From Deltaproteobacteria bacterium (GTDB lineage: Bacteria; Bdellovibrionota; Bdellovibrionia; Bdellovibrionales; JAMPXM01), in contig JAFLCB010000005.1 in NCBI GenBank assembly GCA_017302795.1, positions 207,668 to 271,667 on the forward strand: 64,000 nucleotides of DNA. Reading direction: 5' to 3'. Positions 63,996-64,000 of the stretch are shown here, piece after piece (position 1 is the stretch's first letter; the number at the start of each line of letters is the position of its first letter). The notes below the pieces were generated by a model. The model did no database searches. It worked only from the letters and a program-made list of their open reading frames with translations, and was not told the origin of the DNA. The position numbers were made by a program, and so were the translations under genes.

Positions 63996-64000
63996 ACTAA

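Overview
By eye this is a chromosomal segment with roughly balanced GC, densely coded on both strands. It is most likely from a Bdellovibrio-like predatory bacterium. That is an inference from three things: the layout of the Tad pilus locus, which ends in a YD-repeat gene plus a small secreted-protein gene as in the B. bacteriovorus 'hit' locus; the many secreted hydrolases and surface proteins; and sigma-28-type promoter boxes.

Layout:
- 0.6-10.8 kb: complete Flp/Tad pilus operon (flp, cpaA, three TadE-like genes, cpaB, cpaC, a fused CpaE-CpaF ATPase, tadB), then a YD-repeat protein and a 97-aa secreted protein.
- 11-15 kb: CheY-like regulator and two beta-barrel outer membrane proteins (OMPs).
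- 15.2-17.2 kb: groESL.
- 18.4-21.8 kb: a secreted GP42-type transglutaminase homologue and a clostripain-like protease.
- 21.8-25.9 kb: oxyR, mtnP-mtnA-mtnB and apt.
- 26-29.5 kb: secreted Cys-rich proteins, a histidine-brace (LPMO-like) candidate, a nitroreductase and a cupin.
- 29.5-32.8 kb: tRNA-Asn, a GGDEF cyclase, tRNA-Arg, gmhA and tRNA-Ser.
- 32.8-38.6 kb: AT-richer accessory block next to tRNA-Ser (HExxH protein, trypsin-like protease, HNH endonuclease, lipoproteins).
- 38.9-53 kb: large surface-protein genes (LysM-OMP, FN3 lipoprotein, 7-bladed RCC1 lipoprotein), a cytochrome-P460-like/ASST-like operon and a Tat-signal propeller.
- 53-56.8 kb: PLP trans-sulfuration enzyme, ParA-like ATPase and an OMP.

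Best candidate for an undescribed system (56.9-64.0 kb): a Dlt/Alm-like aminoacyl-carrier cluster. It has a stand-alone adenylating enzyme, an 82-aa carrier protein and two divergent MBOAT (DltB/AlgI-like) membrane proteins. Each MBOAT gene is paired with a lysine-2,3-aminomutase-family gene; one is intact and one is catalytically dead. This suggests beta-lysine is made on site and transferred to an envelope acceptor.

All calls rest on motif reading of the supplied translations and my own reading of the DNA. No database search was run.
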